Shown: positions 37,042 through 47,030 of the stretch, piece after piece
Numbering within the stretch: the stretch's first letter is position 1
Layout: the number at the start of each line of letters is the position of its first letter
Virus record (IMG/VR): IMGVR_UViG_2974786931_000001
Location: 103,774-167,773 of that record
Length of the DNA stretch: 64,000 nucleotides
Source of the DNA: a virus
Lineage: Duplodnaviria > Caudoviricetes
Direction: 5' to 3' (one strand)
The notes under the pieces: model-generated
What the model was told of the DNA's origin: nothing
The model's input: only the letters and a program-made list of their open reading frames with translations
Databases searched by the model: none
Position numbers and translations under genes: made by a program

Positions 37042-37483
37042 TATACACCTACTAAATTATAAAGGGCCATACGTGCTTCACGCAGTTGGTCGCCAGTTTC
37101 AACAATTTTAGCATTTACATCAATACTTAAAACACGTTTTGTTGACATTTGATTATTAGCATGATTTAAAGCCTTGCCATATTCTATAGCTGTATTTTGC
37201 ATACCTTTAATTACAGCTCTGATATAGCATTTGGACATATAATCTTTTAAGAATTCATCATTGTAATCTAGAGGACACATAATGAGTTCCCAAGTCTTAA
37301 TAGAAATATGTGTTTGACTGTTTAAGGCAAATGTTCTAGAATCAGTGTATGTCAAATCAGGATTATAGTATGTAACACGTGTAATGAAAACTTCATCTTT
37401 AACAGTTTCTACAACATCAATAGTAGCTCTAAATTTTTAATTTTGGTTAATGCAGAAGCATCACTTACAAAAAATTTGCTCAT
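37041..37483 (-). pseudogene. Hypothetical gene split by a single-base frameshift near 37431-37438
   Basis: ATG 37483 frame (MSKFFVSDASALTKIK..) stops after 24 codons; the -1 frame continues KFRATIDVVETVKDEV... into ORF 37041-37355. Confidence 0.6.
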
Positions 37484-37565
37484 TATATTTTACTCACTTA
37501 ACTTTGTAAGATTAATTTAATAATTTTATAAAGGAATACTAAAATTGCTATAAAAATAATAGTAT

Positions 37566-37859
37566 TCATAAACATTTAGGCTCTTTTAGCGGAGCACGGT
37601 AGTAACATAACATGCCTTTTTGGTCTTGTACATACCTTAACACATCATTTAGCCAAACTCTGAATTCTTGCGAACGCTCAAAAGGCATGCCAACCCAAGA
37701 CTTCCCATCAATTACCTTAACTTCCCATTGGCCATCCCAGGTTTTTATAGCGTCCGGCCAAGAAGGGTCAATACGTACCACTTCGTGAGTCTGAGGAAGA
37801 GTCTGAGAGCATCCTGTTATCAGTATTGATAAACATATTACTACAGCTTTTAAATTCAT
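37566..37859 (-). CDS. pseT.2: Outer-membrane spanin (Rz1-like)
   Basis: Lipobox LITGC, PSWPDAI, WVGMPF, CYYR. Confidence 0.92.
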   Translation of the reverse strand: MNLKAVVICLSILITGCSQTLPQTHEVVRIDPSWPDAIKTWDGQWEVKVIDGKSWVGMPFERSQEFRVWLNDVLRYVQDQKGMLCYYRAPLKEPKCL

Positions 37860-38203
37860 TTAGACACTTCCTGTAGCTCTTTAGCAAATACGTTGAATGA
37901 GGCATTTATTTGCTTTTCAACTAATTTAGGTTTTTTGGCAACAACCGATTCTCTTGAGGAATCTTTGCGCATTTTTGTATCGGATTTATCTCTGGTTTCA
38001 CGAGAACCTTTACGGTCTTCATCAATCTTTTGAAGACCTTTAAAATCTGTTTGTAATTGATCAATTTGTTTGGATTGTGTCTCTACTGTACCTTTAACTA
38101 TGGTTAAGTCAGATTTTAAAGATGCAATATTTTTACTCATAACGGATATAGCTATTGCAGAAGCTGCTATAGTGAGTAAGAGCCATACGGTTAGTTTATT
38201 CAT
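37856..38203 (-). CDS. pseT.3: Inner-membrane spanin (Rz-like)
   Basis: N-terminal TM helix then coiled coil, VVAKKPKLVEKQINASF. Confidence 0.9.
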   Translation of the reverse strand: MNKLTVWLLLTIAASAIAISVMSKNIASLKSDLTIVKGTVETQSKQIDQLQTDFKGLQKIDEDRKGSRETRDKSDTKMRKDSSRESVVAKKPKLVEKQINASFNVFAKELQEVSK

Positions 38204-38706
38204 AGACATACTCGTTTAATTGTATCGATGATATCATCTGCGGAAAGATTATTCCAAAGGATGTGGTTATCTGAAGTACCATTAGATACTTTAAAGCCTT
38301 GAATCATATCTGACATATCATTAACAGATAATGTAGGATGCATAATCCCAAGACGATGACTTTTATCATTTAAAGAATCAACAGTGATATAGCATTTACA
38401 ACCGTTTAAGTGAACATTGGGTTGAGAAATGTTAATAAACACTTCAGCGTCATATTTCACTAGTTGTGATTTTAAATAATCTTTCATTTGTTCTACTGCT
38501 TCAGGCATAGCATCACGCCTTGCTTCAGCGATTTTATTATTGTACTCTTTTTGCTTTTTATTAGCTTTAACATCTCGAGAATAAGCTACACGTAAATCAG
38601 TTAAGTATCCGATTGGTTTACCATTAGAACCGAATACACGTATCCCATCATGGGTAGAACCATAGCGCTCTACTAGCATGTCATTTGTAATCAATTGCAT
38701 ATTCAT
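38200..38706 (-). CDS. alc: Alc inhibitor of host transcription
   Basis: MNMQLITNDML...GYLTDLR...VFINISQPNVHLNGCKCY. Confidence 0.93.
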   Translation of the reverse strand: MNMQLITNDMLVERYGSTHDGIRVFGSNGKPIGYLTDLRVAYSRDVKANKKQKEYNNKIAEARRDAMPEAVEQMKDYLKSQLVKYDAEVFINISQPNVHLNGCKCYITVDSLNDKSHRLGIMHPTLSVNDMSDMIQGFKVSNGTSDNHILWNNLSADDIIDTIKRVCL

Positions 38707-38721
38707 AATTATTTTCCTCAG

Positions 38722-38764
38722 TTATGGTAGGACTATTTTATCACAGTCCTACCATAATGTAAAC
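38722..38764 (-). promoter_or_regulatory. Early promoter with stem-loop (PeSL-type) for alc
   Basis: GTTTACA-17 nt-TAAAAT within 13-bp inverted repeat TTATGGTAGGACT/AGTCCTACCATAA. Confidence 0.88.
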
Positions 38765-39918
38765 TACTCTTCGAAAATAATTGTTTCTTTCAAATATTCA
38801 GTTGGAACGAATAATTTGTGATTTTTCATAAAGACTTCGCCTAGTGATTTAATAATCAAATCTAAATCGATTCGGCCTTGATACATACCCATCAAAACGT
38901 TAAACAGATAATACTGATCAGTCTGCTTAAGAGAATTCTGAGATGTAACTGCAAAGTACTTACGGTCACGACCACGTAATTCAGCATGCAAGTCTTGGAT
39001 CCGTTTCAAAGAATCAGAAAGCCAAGTCAAATATGCATTTTCAAAAGATTTAATCTTTTTGATAGCTTCTACATCACCGTCAAACATACCTTTGATATCA
39101 TCACTTGCGCCTGATACAACAACATCAAACAAGTCTTTGCTAGCATTGATAGAATTTTTAGTATGATGTAATGCAGTGTACCATTTGGTCTTAAGCTTAA
39201 CTCGTTGATTACCTAAATCGATAACAAAACCTTCGATTTTGTCTAGAGCACGAATCTCATCAATCCAGCCTTCTTTAAAATCAACTACAAAGTTCTGGAC
39301 CAACACTTTACTTAATACCGGGTCACGAAGTAATTCATCATATGGAACATAATCGCCTGAATCATTATGACGGACGTTCAAAAGAATCAATGCAGCTTTA
39401 TCATATGCTAATACAACACGGTTGTGCGGAGCAACATATTCAAAGTTACATGTAAAACCGTCATGGGCCAGTTCCAGTACTCGATACATCAAAGCTTCAT
39501 TTTTAACAAGTGAAAGAACTTGCATACTTTCGATTGCTTGTGGAGATGATATAGAAGCTTTAGACTTCATATAAAGATAACCACGTTTATCAATGAATGA
39601 TGATACCAATGAGCCGTCTTCTTTAGTCATAACATGAGTAGCTTTAGAAAAATCCAAATTCATTGTGAATGGACATTCATTAACGTTAAAGAATTTTTCC
39701 ATTGGACGAGCCATAATTCGAGTTGGCTTGCCATTTTCTAAAGCAAACATGATACCACGACATTCTAATGCACTTGGTTCAAGCCACTCAGAATAAGATG
39801 CATAGTGATAAGAGAAAATACGGGCTGTTTCACCAGAAGCCATTAATGTATCTCGATGGAAGAACATATTGCCTGGTTTAGCTGTTAAAGCCATTAAATC
39901 GTTATAAAGTTCTTTCAT
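38764..39918 (-). CDS. rnlA: RNA ligase 1 / tail fibre attachment catalyst
   Basis: ALECRGIMF, RPMEKFFN, motif I KEDGSL, FEYVAPHNRVV, IEGFV, KLKTKWY; start 39918. Confidence 0.96.
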   Translation of the reverse strand: MKELYNDLMALTAKPGNMFFHRDTLMASGETARIFSYHYASYSEWLEPSALECRGIMFALENGKPTRIMARPMEKFFNVNECPFTMNLDFSKATHVMTKEDGSLVSSFIDKRGYLYMKSKASISSPQAIESMQVLSLVKNEALMYRVLELAHDGFTCNFEYVAPHNRVVLAYDKAALILLNVRHNDSGDYVPYDELLRDPVLSKVLVQNFVVDFKEGWIDEIRALDKIEGFVIDLGNQRVKLKTKWYTALHHTKNSINASKDLFDVVVSGASDDIKGMFDGDVEAIKKIKSFENAYLTWLSDSLKRIQDLHAELRGRDRKYFAVTSQNSLKQTDQYYLFNVLMGMYQGRIDLDLIIKSLGEVFMKNHKLFVPTEYLKETIIFEE

Positions 39919-40325
39919 GATTTTATCCTGTGTTGAGTGTTCCAAGTAGGGTTAAACAGCTTAATAAACATAGGTTCTTCTAAATCCATGGTTGCTACAG
40001 ACATTGTGCCCAATTCATTAGTCATAGATAAATTGAAACACTGGCGAGCATAGAATTCAACTGATTTGCCATTTTCCAAAGCATCATGAATCATTTTAGA
40101 CTTAGTCGAATCTGATGTTGGCGTTGTCCTGTTTATAGCTGTTCTGTAATAATTTATACGCTTACGAAGGTTCTTGGTTTTGCCAATGTACACTAAAATG
40201 TCATCAACAGCAATTGCATAGATGACATTAGTTTTATTGACTATATCCAGAATAGGAATGACCCCATCCTGGATTTGTAAAGATGCATATCGAATAAATG
40301 AATATTTTTCTGCTATGGTTTTCAT
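39915..40325 (-). CDS. denA: Endonuclease II (GIY-YIG)
   Basis: NVIYAIAVDDILVYIGKTKNLRKRINYYRTAINR. Confidence 0.95.
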   Translation of the reverse strand: MKTIAEKYSFIRYASLQIQDGVIPILDIVNKTNVIYAIAVDDILVYIGKTKNLRKRINYYRTAINRTTPTSDSTKSKMIHDALENGKSVEFYARQCFNLSMTNELGTMSVATMDLEEPMFIKLFNPTWNTQHRIKS

Positions 40326-41500
40326 AAGTATTTTTTGAATGACGTAATAACTTTGTCATCGATGTCATTATCAATTTGTGCTACTAAGTAAGACGAAATT
40401 TCTACTTCTTGCGGAGCAGACTGGACAGAATCAGAGTTTAAGAATTCACGAATCCATGCAATAGGATGACGCTTAGGAGATTCGCCATTGTATGGCAATC
40501 CACACTGATTCATACGAGAAGCTGTCAAATAATCTACGTAATCTTTCAAGATTTTATGATTCAATCCTGGAAGAACGCCATCTTTAAACAAATAATCAAC
40601 CCACTCTTTTTCTTGTTCAGCTACGTCCAAGAAAATTTGTACTGCTTTAGGTTCAAGACGTTTAGCAATTTCGGCCCATACTTCACCATCTTTACCTGAT
40701 TGCCATTGACGCAAAGTAAATTGTGTACCTTTAAGATGAAGTTGTTCATCACGTGCAATCAACTTCATAATCTTAGCATTGCCTTCCATGATTTCCATGT
40801 TCTTGGCAAAGTTGAATGTGCATGCAAATGAAACATAAAAACGAATAGCTTCTAGAGCATTAATAACGTGCATACAAAGATAAAGAGATTCCATTAGCTC
40901 TAAACGTTCTTTATCGATTCTATTATACAAACCTAATAAAGCAAATGATTCTACTTTACCTTCATCTTCTAATTTTTTGGCTTCGTCTTCAGATGTTTGC
41001 CACACACGAGTTTTCTTAATAACATCATCATAATAAACACAAATTGATTCAGCACGTTTCATAATAGCTTCATTAAGAATGATTGTATCAAATTCAGCTG
41101 ATGGGTCATCTAGCAAACTACGAATAATGTGGGTATACGAACGAGAGTGAATAGTTTCACTAAATGTCCACGTTTGTAGCCAGGTATCAAGAACTGGGTC
41201 TGAACAAATAGGTGCTAATGCTGCGGCTGGTGCACGTCCTTGAATACTATCAAGCAATGTTTGATATTTTAAATTATTCAAAAAGATTTGTTTTTGATAT
41301 TCAGGCAATTTATCAAATTGTCCACGGTCCATCATCAAGTTAATTTCTTGTGGCCGCCAAAAGAATGACAATTGTTTTTCAATCAGCTCTTCAAACACTG
41401 CCAATCGTTGAGTATCATATCGTGCAATACCTTGTGACGAACCAAGAAACATAGGTTCTTCTAAGTGATTAATTACATTAGTATTAAAAATTGTGCTCAT
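40322..41500 (-). CDS. nrdB: Ribonucleotide reductase class Ia beta subunit (intron-less)
   Basis: FFWRPQEI, ETIHSRSY, LEAIRFYVSF, RDEQLH, QSAPQEVE. Confidence 0.98.
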   Translation of the reverse strand: MSTIFNTNVINHLEEPMFLGSSQGIARYDTQRLAVFEELIEKQLSFFWRPQEINLMMDRGQFDKLPEYQKQIFLNNLKYQTLLDSIQGRAPAAALAPICSDPVLDTWLQTWTFSETIHSRSYTHIIRSLLDDPSAEFDTIILNEAIMKRAESICVYYDDVIKKTRVWQTSEDEAKKLEDEGKVESFALLGLYNRIDKERLELMESLYLCMHVINALEAIRFYVSFACTFNFAKNMEIMEGNAKIMKLIARDEQLHLKGTQFTLRQWQSGKDGEVWAEIAKRLEPKAVQIFLDVAEQEKEWVDYLFKDGVLPGLNHKILKDYVDYLTASRMNQCGLPYNGESPKRHPIAWIREFLNSDSVQSAPQEVEISSYLVAQIDNDIDDKVITSFKKYL

Positions 41501-41549
41501 TGTTATTTCCTTTAAGGGATATCCATATCCCTATTCTAATCTAATATTC

Positions 41550-43802
41550 TTAAAGCTTACAAGATGTGCAATCGGAATCGGCCACTACGGTTTCATCTTC
41601 AGAAGCACCATCACGAGTGTTATGATAATACATTGTTTTACCACCAAAGTACCAAAGATGAAGCAAATCATCTAGCATAACTGACATAGGAACCTTGCCT
41701 TTAGGATAGTTCTCAGGGTCATAGTTAGTATTTGCTGAAATAGACTGACACACAAATTTCTGCATAATTGCTACTTGTGTTAGATAACCTTTATTACCAG
41801 TTTTAGCTAGTTCCCATGTATAATCGTACATATCATGGTTAAATTCAATATTAGGCACTACTTGATTGAAAGAACCTTCTTTAGATTGCTTAATAGAAAC
41901 TGCCGCTCTTGGTGGTTCGATTCCATTGGTACTGTTAGATACTTGACTCGACGATTCGCAAGGCATGAAGGCCGAGAGTGTACTGTTACGGATTCCATAA
42001 GCTCTGAGGTCAGCACGGAGTGATTCCCAATCACAAACATAAATGGGCGCAGCAATCTGGTCAATTCTTTTATTGTACCAGTCGATAGGTAATTCGCCTT
42101 TTGACCAACGTGTTTCTGAATAGAATTCACAAGGTCCTTTTTCTTTAGCAATTTTAACAGAGGCTTTAATGAGCGCATACTGTAGCCTTTCAATTAGTTC
42201 ATGAGTTAAATCATTAGCATCATTATATGAAGAGAAGTTAGATGCCAACCAAGCTGCATAGTTAGTAATACCAACACCAAGTGACCGACGCTTTTTAGCT
42301 TTCAATGCTTCAGGAACGGGATAATCTTGGTAATCAAGTAAATTATCTAATGCACGAACTTGCACTTCAGCCAACATATTAATCTCATCTTGGTCTTGCC
42401 AATCAAAGCTATCTAATACATAAGCAGATAATGTGCAAAGGCCTATTTCTGGGTCATCACCGCCAATATCTTTAGTTGGGATGGCAATTTCGGCACACAA
42501 ATTACTTTGTTTAACGGTTGCAATATTACGAATAAATGGACCGTAATTACCAACGTTATCAACAAGATAAGGATATAAACGAGCTGTATTAGAACGTTCA
42601 GTAAAGAATGTTTCGAATACTTCTAGAGCTTTAATACGCTTTTTACGAATTGCTGGGTCCTTTTCAGCCATTTCATATAACCGACGGAATTCATCTTGGT
42701 CTTTGAAATATTCTTCATACAATGCGCCGTTATATACATTTGGACTAAACAGTGTGATGTAATCATTTTTAAGTAACCGTTCAAACATCAAGTCGTTAAT
42801 CTGTACGCCATAATCCATATGTCGAATACGGTTTTCTTCAACACCTTTATTATTTTTCAGAACTAATAATTTTTCTAGTTCAAGATGCCATAGTGGATAA
42901 TAAAGAGTTGCAGCACCACCACGAACACCACCTTGAGAACAAGATTTAACGGCAGTTTGGAAATGCTTCCAGAATGGAATAACACCTGTATGCTTAACTT
43001 CGCCAGCACCAATTCTAGAACCTTCGGCACGAATCATACCGCCGTTAATGCCAATACCAGCACGTTTACTAATATATTTGATAATACTATTAGATGCTTT
43101 ATTAATAGATGTTAATGAATCACCACCTTCAATAACTACACAAGAACTAAATTGACGTGTTGGAGTACGAACACCAGCCAAAATAGGGGTAGGCATTGAA
43201 ATCTTTTTCTCAGACACGGCATTGTAGAATTTAACTACATGATGGATACGGTTTTCAGGCTCATCCTGATGTAGGCACATGCCAATTAGCATAAAAGCAA
43301 ACTGAGGTGTTTCATATACAGTATCAGTAGATCGGTCTTGTACAAGATATTTTTCAATAAGTTGCATTGTGCCAGCATAAGAGAAACTAAAGTCTCGTTC
43401 ATGGTTAATGCGTGAATCAAGATATTCAATTTCTTCTGCCGAGTATTTACGAAGAATTTCGCTATCGTAAAAACCTAAATTAACTACACTAGAGATATGG
43501 TCAATAAATTTAGGTGGTTCAAATTGGCCAAATACGTCTTTGCGAAGATTAAATTGAGCCAAATTAGATGCAACATATTGATAATCTGGCTCTTCTTTTG
43601 TAATTAGCGATGCTGCTACTTTAATAGTGGTCTTTTGAATTTCTTTAGTAGTCATCCCGTCTCTGAGATGGGATTTAATATTTTCATATAATTCGTATGG
43701 GTCAATATTAATATTATCACGAGTACAAGCCCAATTAAGAACTTTCATAATTTTAGCTGAATCAAACTCTTGGCTACATCCTGACGACTTTACTACTTGC
43801 AT
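41550..43802 (-). CDS. nrdA: Ribonucleotide reductase class Ia alpha subunit
   Basis: ATP-cone start, RQFSSCV, QSNLCAEI, PCESSSQVSNSTNGIEP, C-terminal CTSC. Confidence 0.98.
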   Translation of the reverse strand: MQVVKSSGCSQEFDSAKIMKVLNWACTRDNINIDPYELYENIKSHLRDGMTTKEIQKTTIKVAASLITKEEPDYQYVASNLAQFNLRKDVFGQFEPPKFIDHISSVVNLGFYDSEILRKYSAEEIEYLDSRINHERDFSFSYAGTMQLIEKYLVQDRSTDTVYETPQFAFMLIGMCLHQDEPENRIHHVVKFYNAVSEKKISMPTPILAGVRTPTRQFSSCVVIEGGDSLTSINKASNSIIKYISKRAGIGINGGMIRAEGSRIGAGEVKHTGVIPFWKHFQTAVKSCSQGGVRGGAATLYYPLWHLELEKLLVLKNNKGVEENRIRHMDYGVQINDLMFERLLKNDYITLFSPNVYNGALYEEYFKDQDEFRRLYEMAEKDPAIRKKRIKALEVFETFFTERSNTARLYPYLVDNVGNYGPFIRNIATVKQSNLCAEIAIPTKDIGGDDPEIGLCTLSAYVLDSFDWQDQDEINMLAEVQVRALDNLLDYQDYPVPEALKAKKRRSLGVGITNYAAWLASNFSSYNDANDLTHELIERLQYALIKASVKIAKEKGPCEFYSETRWSKGELPIDWYNKRIDQIAAPIYVCDWESLRADLRAYGIRNSTLSAFMPCESSSQVSNSTNGIEPPRAAVSIKQSKEGSFNQVVPNIEFNHDMYDYTWELAKTGNKGYLTQVAIMQKFVCQSISANTNYDPENYPKGKVPMSVMLDDLLHLWYFGGKTMYYHNTRDGASEDETVVADSDCTSCKL

Positions 43803-44494
43803 TATAAGTCCTTTCTAATATAGGTTGGATAATTTAAACTTCGAATTCTGTGTCTTAGAGTGGATAACTTTATATCCAACTTGGAGGAAGCGTCATTAAG
43901 ACTTTCAAATTCAACCCCATCTACTTCTATTTTAACACAGTTCACAGGCTTATTGCCAATAAGAGCTTTAGAAAGGTTTTCTCGATGTGATTGAGATTGT
44001 TTCTTAGGCTCGGTGTGTCTTGGTTTCTTAGGACCTACTAACTCATATTTCTTTTTAGCTTTAGCTATTGAAGCGCCTCGTTCTTCAGCAGTATGAGAAA
44101 GGGCTTTAGAAATATTTAGATTTATATTTTTTCGTTTTGGCAAATTTTCCGGATTAGAATTCCAGCGTTTTAAACCTTGAGCACAACGTCTTCGTATCTC
44201 TGCGCAATTTGGCATAAAACTTATAATGTCTCCACCATCACCTCCACCCGCAATATTATATCCTATTTTCTTGTTTTTAGAATTAAAGACTGAAATAAAG
44301 AATTTTTCTAAATAATTTAATGTATTTAAATCGTTAATGCTGGTTATTATTTCTTTTGAAAAATTTTCTTTGCCGTATTTGTTTATAGCTTTAGTTATAA
44401 GAGTTCCTGACCCTAGATATCTAGGGTCATTTTTAATACTTTTACCAATATAAATTTTTCTGTTAATGGTATTAGTAGTTTTATAAATTATCAT
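43802..44494 (-). mobile_element. Free-standing GIY-YIG homing endonuclease (I-TevI/Seg-like)
   Basis: MIIYKTTNTINRKIYIGKS...YLGSG...LEKFFI...GYNI; NUMOD3-like SHRENLSKAL; C-terminal HTH EFESLNDASSKLDIKLSTLRHRIRS. Confidence 0.88.
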
Positions 44495-45348
44495 ACTGCC
44501 ATAGGAGCCTTAATACTTGAATAGCTTTCATAATTATTAAGAACAAAATCAGAATGTTTCATGCTTAAAATGTAATTTAGCTGGTCTTTAGTTGAACGGT
44601 GCTCAAAATTAGATGGCCAATTTATTTTTAAAGAACAAAGTTCCTTCGGTTCTCTTCTTAAAACTTCTTGACACTGTTCAATATGATTCAAATAGATGTG
44701 TGTATTGCCGCCATGATAAGTAAGAATTCCAGGTGTTAATCCAACCATTTTAGAGACAATTTCTAACATAGCCGCATACGACGCTATGTTGAATGGAAGC
44801 CCAAGAAAAACATCTGTAGACCTCATATTAAACATCAAGTCTAATTTAGAACCAGAAACATTGAACTGGAAGCCGTAATGGCATGGTGGGAGTGCCATTT
44901 TATCAATTTTAGAAACGTTCCATGAGGAAACAATTAGTCGCCTATCTGTAGGATTCTTTTTAATTTTTTCTATGATCTCTAATAATTGGTCAACGCCATC
45001 AAAATCACGCCATTGTTTGCCATACACAGGTCCGAGCTCTCCACCAGAGTAGCCGAGAGCTTTCGCTTGGTTTTCATAGTTTTCGTCCCAAATAGTTTTA
45101 CCATCAAGATAAGAACCATGAGTACGGAAACGCAGGTCATTGACATTCGTAGAACCTGACATGAACCACAAGAGCTCAGCGATACATGCTTTCCAGGCCA
45201 ATTTCTTGGTTGTTACTGCTGGGAAGCCTTTTTGAAGGTCAAAACGAAGTTGTGTACCAAAAACAGCAATAGTGCCTGTACCAGTACGATCATCAGTTTC
45301 GTACCCATTTTCAAGAATATTTCTAATCAAATCTTGATATTGTTTCAT
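44491..45348 (-). CDS. td: Thymidylate synthase (intron-less)
   Basis: DDRTGTGT, ELLWF, GPVYGKQWR, MALPPCH, DVFLGLPFNIASY, HIYLNH. Confidence 0.98.
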   Translation of the reverse strand: MKQYQDLIRNILENGYETDDRTGTGTIAVFGTQLRFDLQKGFPAVTTKKLAWKACIAELLWFMSGSTNVNDLRFRTHGSYLDGKTIWDENYENQAKALGYSGGELGPVYGKQWRDFDGVDQLLEIIEKIKKNPTDRRLIVSSWNVSKIDKMALPPCHYGFQFNVSGSKLDLMFNMRSTDVFLGLPFNIASYAAMLEIVSKMVGLTPGILTYHGGNTHIYLNHIEQCQEVLRREPKELCSLKINWPSNFEHRSTKDQLNYILSMKHSDFVLNNYESYSSIKAPMAV

Positions 45349-45356
45349 TTTAGCCC

Positions 45357-45722
45357 TTAAGAATCACTTAGTTCAAATAGAATTTCTGCACCACGTTTCA
45401 CAAATCGTCCACGTATATACAACATATGCCCATTATATCGTAGATTTCCTAAAGCTAAATGTTTGAGCATTGAAACACGGGAAACATGAACTTTAACTGA
45501 AACAGTATTATTCTTAAACCCTTCTTTGAAGCGAAGACGGAATCCATTATCAGCTTCCCAGATATCATTACTATTAACTTCGATATCATAGAACCCATGA
45601 ACCATAAGATGCTTTTCGTATTTGGCTGGCGCTCGATTATATTCAGCAATAGATGGAGCAGGAACATTAATTATTAATTTCCAATTAGCTTGTACAACAT
45701 CTTCTTGAATTAATTTGAACAT
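45357..45722 (-). CDS. Conserved hypothetical protein between frd and td
   Basis: 121 aa, SD GAGG, C-terminal IRGRFVKRGAEILF. Confidence 0.7.
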   Translation of the reverse strand: MFKLIQEDVVQANWKLIINVPAPSIAEYNRAPAKYEKHLMVHGFYDIEVNSNDIWEADNGFRLRFKEGFKNNTVSVKVHVSRVSMLKHLALGNLRYNGHMLYIRGRFVKRGAEILFELSDS

Positions 45723-46288
45723 AGAACCTCGTAAACAGTTTCTGTGATTGAAGTGAGTTCGTCAATACGATAAAAATGAGATTCGACTGGTTCGAATTCT
45801 GTTGTAGTCATCACAGAAACTCTTTCAGCGAATTCAGTGCTTAACTTAACGTCAGAACACACATAATGCTTTTTAGAAATTATTGTCAAAACAATACGAT
45901 TCGTATATGGCAAAGCTTGTTCTAATAAAGCAGGCCCGCCTATAACAGAATAATTTTTATCACCGTATCCTAAATCTAATGTCCCTTCAAGGAATTGATG
46001 AAACACTTCTTGACTAATATAATGATCAGCTGCGTATCCATCTTGAGTTTTAGCATTCAAACGTGTTTGGTCTTGGATTACAATATGCATACGACCTGGC
46101 AAACGTGATTTGAGAGACATAAATGTCTTTGCGCCCATAATGAGATTTGTATTCTCAGTGCGAGCTTTAAAATTTTTCAAGTCTTGAGAAATATGACCCC
46201 ACGGAAGACTTTGATTAAGACCAAAGGCTCTTTCATACTCTCCTTTATGGTTTTTAGTTGGAGCATAAGCATAAATTAATTGAATCAT
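45710..46288 (-). CDS. frd: Dihydrofolate reductase
   Basis: AFGLNQSLPWGHISQDLKNFKART, IMGAKTF, LPGR, VIGGPALL. Confidence 0.95.
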   Translation of the reverse strand: MIQLIYAYAPTKNHKGEYERAFGLNQSLPWGHISQDLKNFKARTENTNLIMGAKTFMSLKSRLPGRMHIVIQDQTRLNAKTQDGYAADHYISQEVFHQFLEGTLDLGYGDKNYSVIGGPALLEQALPYTNRIVLTIISKKHYVCSDVKLSTEFAERVSVMTTTEFEPVESHFYRIDELTSITETVYEVLCSN

Positions 46289-46539
46289 TATCGTACCTCG
46301 ATATAAGTTACATCACATGGCCAAACTATATCGCCATCGTTGTATCCAAAGACCTCGCCTCGAACAAAACGATAATTCTGGCCACGGCCTTGTTCCCAAG
46401 CTAAATTAACCTTATGGACTTCGCCATATTTGTCTTCAATAATGAAAGGCTCATCATACTTTACATTTGAATACAAAGTATCTAAACAGAAGTCAGGGCC
46501 AATTTCCACGAGCTCAACAGTTTTACATTTCATTAACAT
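46288..46539 (-). CDS. Hypothetical protein (paralogue of 47198-47443)
   Basis: KTVELVE...LY..VKY...IIEDKYGEVHK. Confidence 0.75.
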   Translation of the reverse strand: MLMKCKTVELVEIGPDFCLDTLYSNVKYDEPFIIEDKYGEVHKVNLAWEQGRGQNYRFVRGEVFGYNDGDIVWPCDVTYIEVR

Positions 46540-46606
46540 TGTCCTCTAAAACAATATGGACATCGGTGAACAGAAGTCCACCTCCCCAGTCAGTTAAGAT
46601 TTTCAT
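46523..46606 (-). CDS. 27-aa ORF behind an early promoter
   Basis: MKILTDWGGGLLFTDVHIVLEDNVNEM with strong SD AAGGAG. Confidence 0.45.
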   Translation of the reverse strand: MKILTDWGGGLLFTDVHIVLEDNVNEM

Positions 46607-46620
46607 TTTATTCTCCTTGT

Positions 46621-46661
46621 TGGTGTAGAAGTATAGTAACATGCCTCTACACCATTATACA
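46621..46661 (-). promoter_or_regulatory. Early promoter with stem-loop (PeSL-type)
   Basis: TGTATA-17 nt-(TGt)TACTAT inside TGGTGTAGA/TCTACACCA inverted repeat. Confidence 0.7.
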
Positions 46662-47021
46662 TTACTTATTGAAAGCTTTTTTGATTAGTTCAATCATTTC
46701 TTCAGCATTCTCACGGGTCACTACTAAAGACATAGACTGGGCGCCTTCAGTAGTTAAACCTACTACTTCAACGAAGTATTTGAATTCCCAGTTAGAGAGC
46801 TCAAAGTATTCATCGCCAGGGATATCGGCATCGTAGACTTCGCCATTCTTCATACGTACTCTACGCACGTATTTGCCAGTGTCTTCAGTGACCATTTCTA
46901 GAACCTCAAACGACCCACCACCCTCTTCAATAAGGCGAAGCATATTTTCATTTGTACTGTTATCTTCGATAAAGTCAGCACGGAAAGCTTCGTTAAAGCT
47001 ATAGAATTTACCTTCTTGCAT
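46662..47021 (-). CDS. frd.2: Frd.2-like hypothetical protein
   Basis: GKFYSFN...FI...NENML...GGSFEV...YFELS..EFKYFVE...VTRENAEEMIELIKKAF. Confidence 0.75.
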   Translation of the reverse strand: MQEGKFYSFNEAFRADFIEDNSTNENMLRLIEEGGGSFEVLEMVTEDTGKYVRRVRMKNGEVYDADIPGDEYFELSNWEFKYFVEVVGLTTEGAQSMSLVVTRENAEEMIELIKKAFNK

Positions 47022-47030
47022 TTTAGACCT

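Noticed and set aside
40322-45348. Possible group I introns in td or nrdB as in T4
   Set aside because: Both reading frames are continuous and full length; the GIY-YIG ORF lies outside td.
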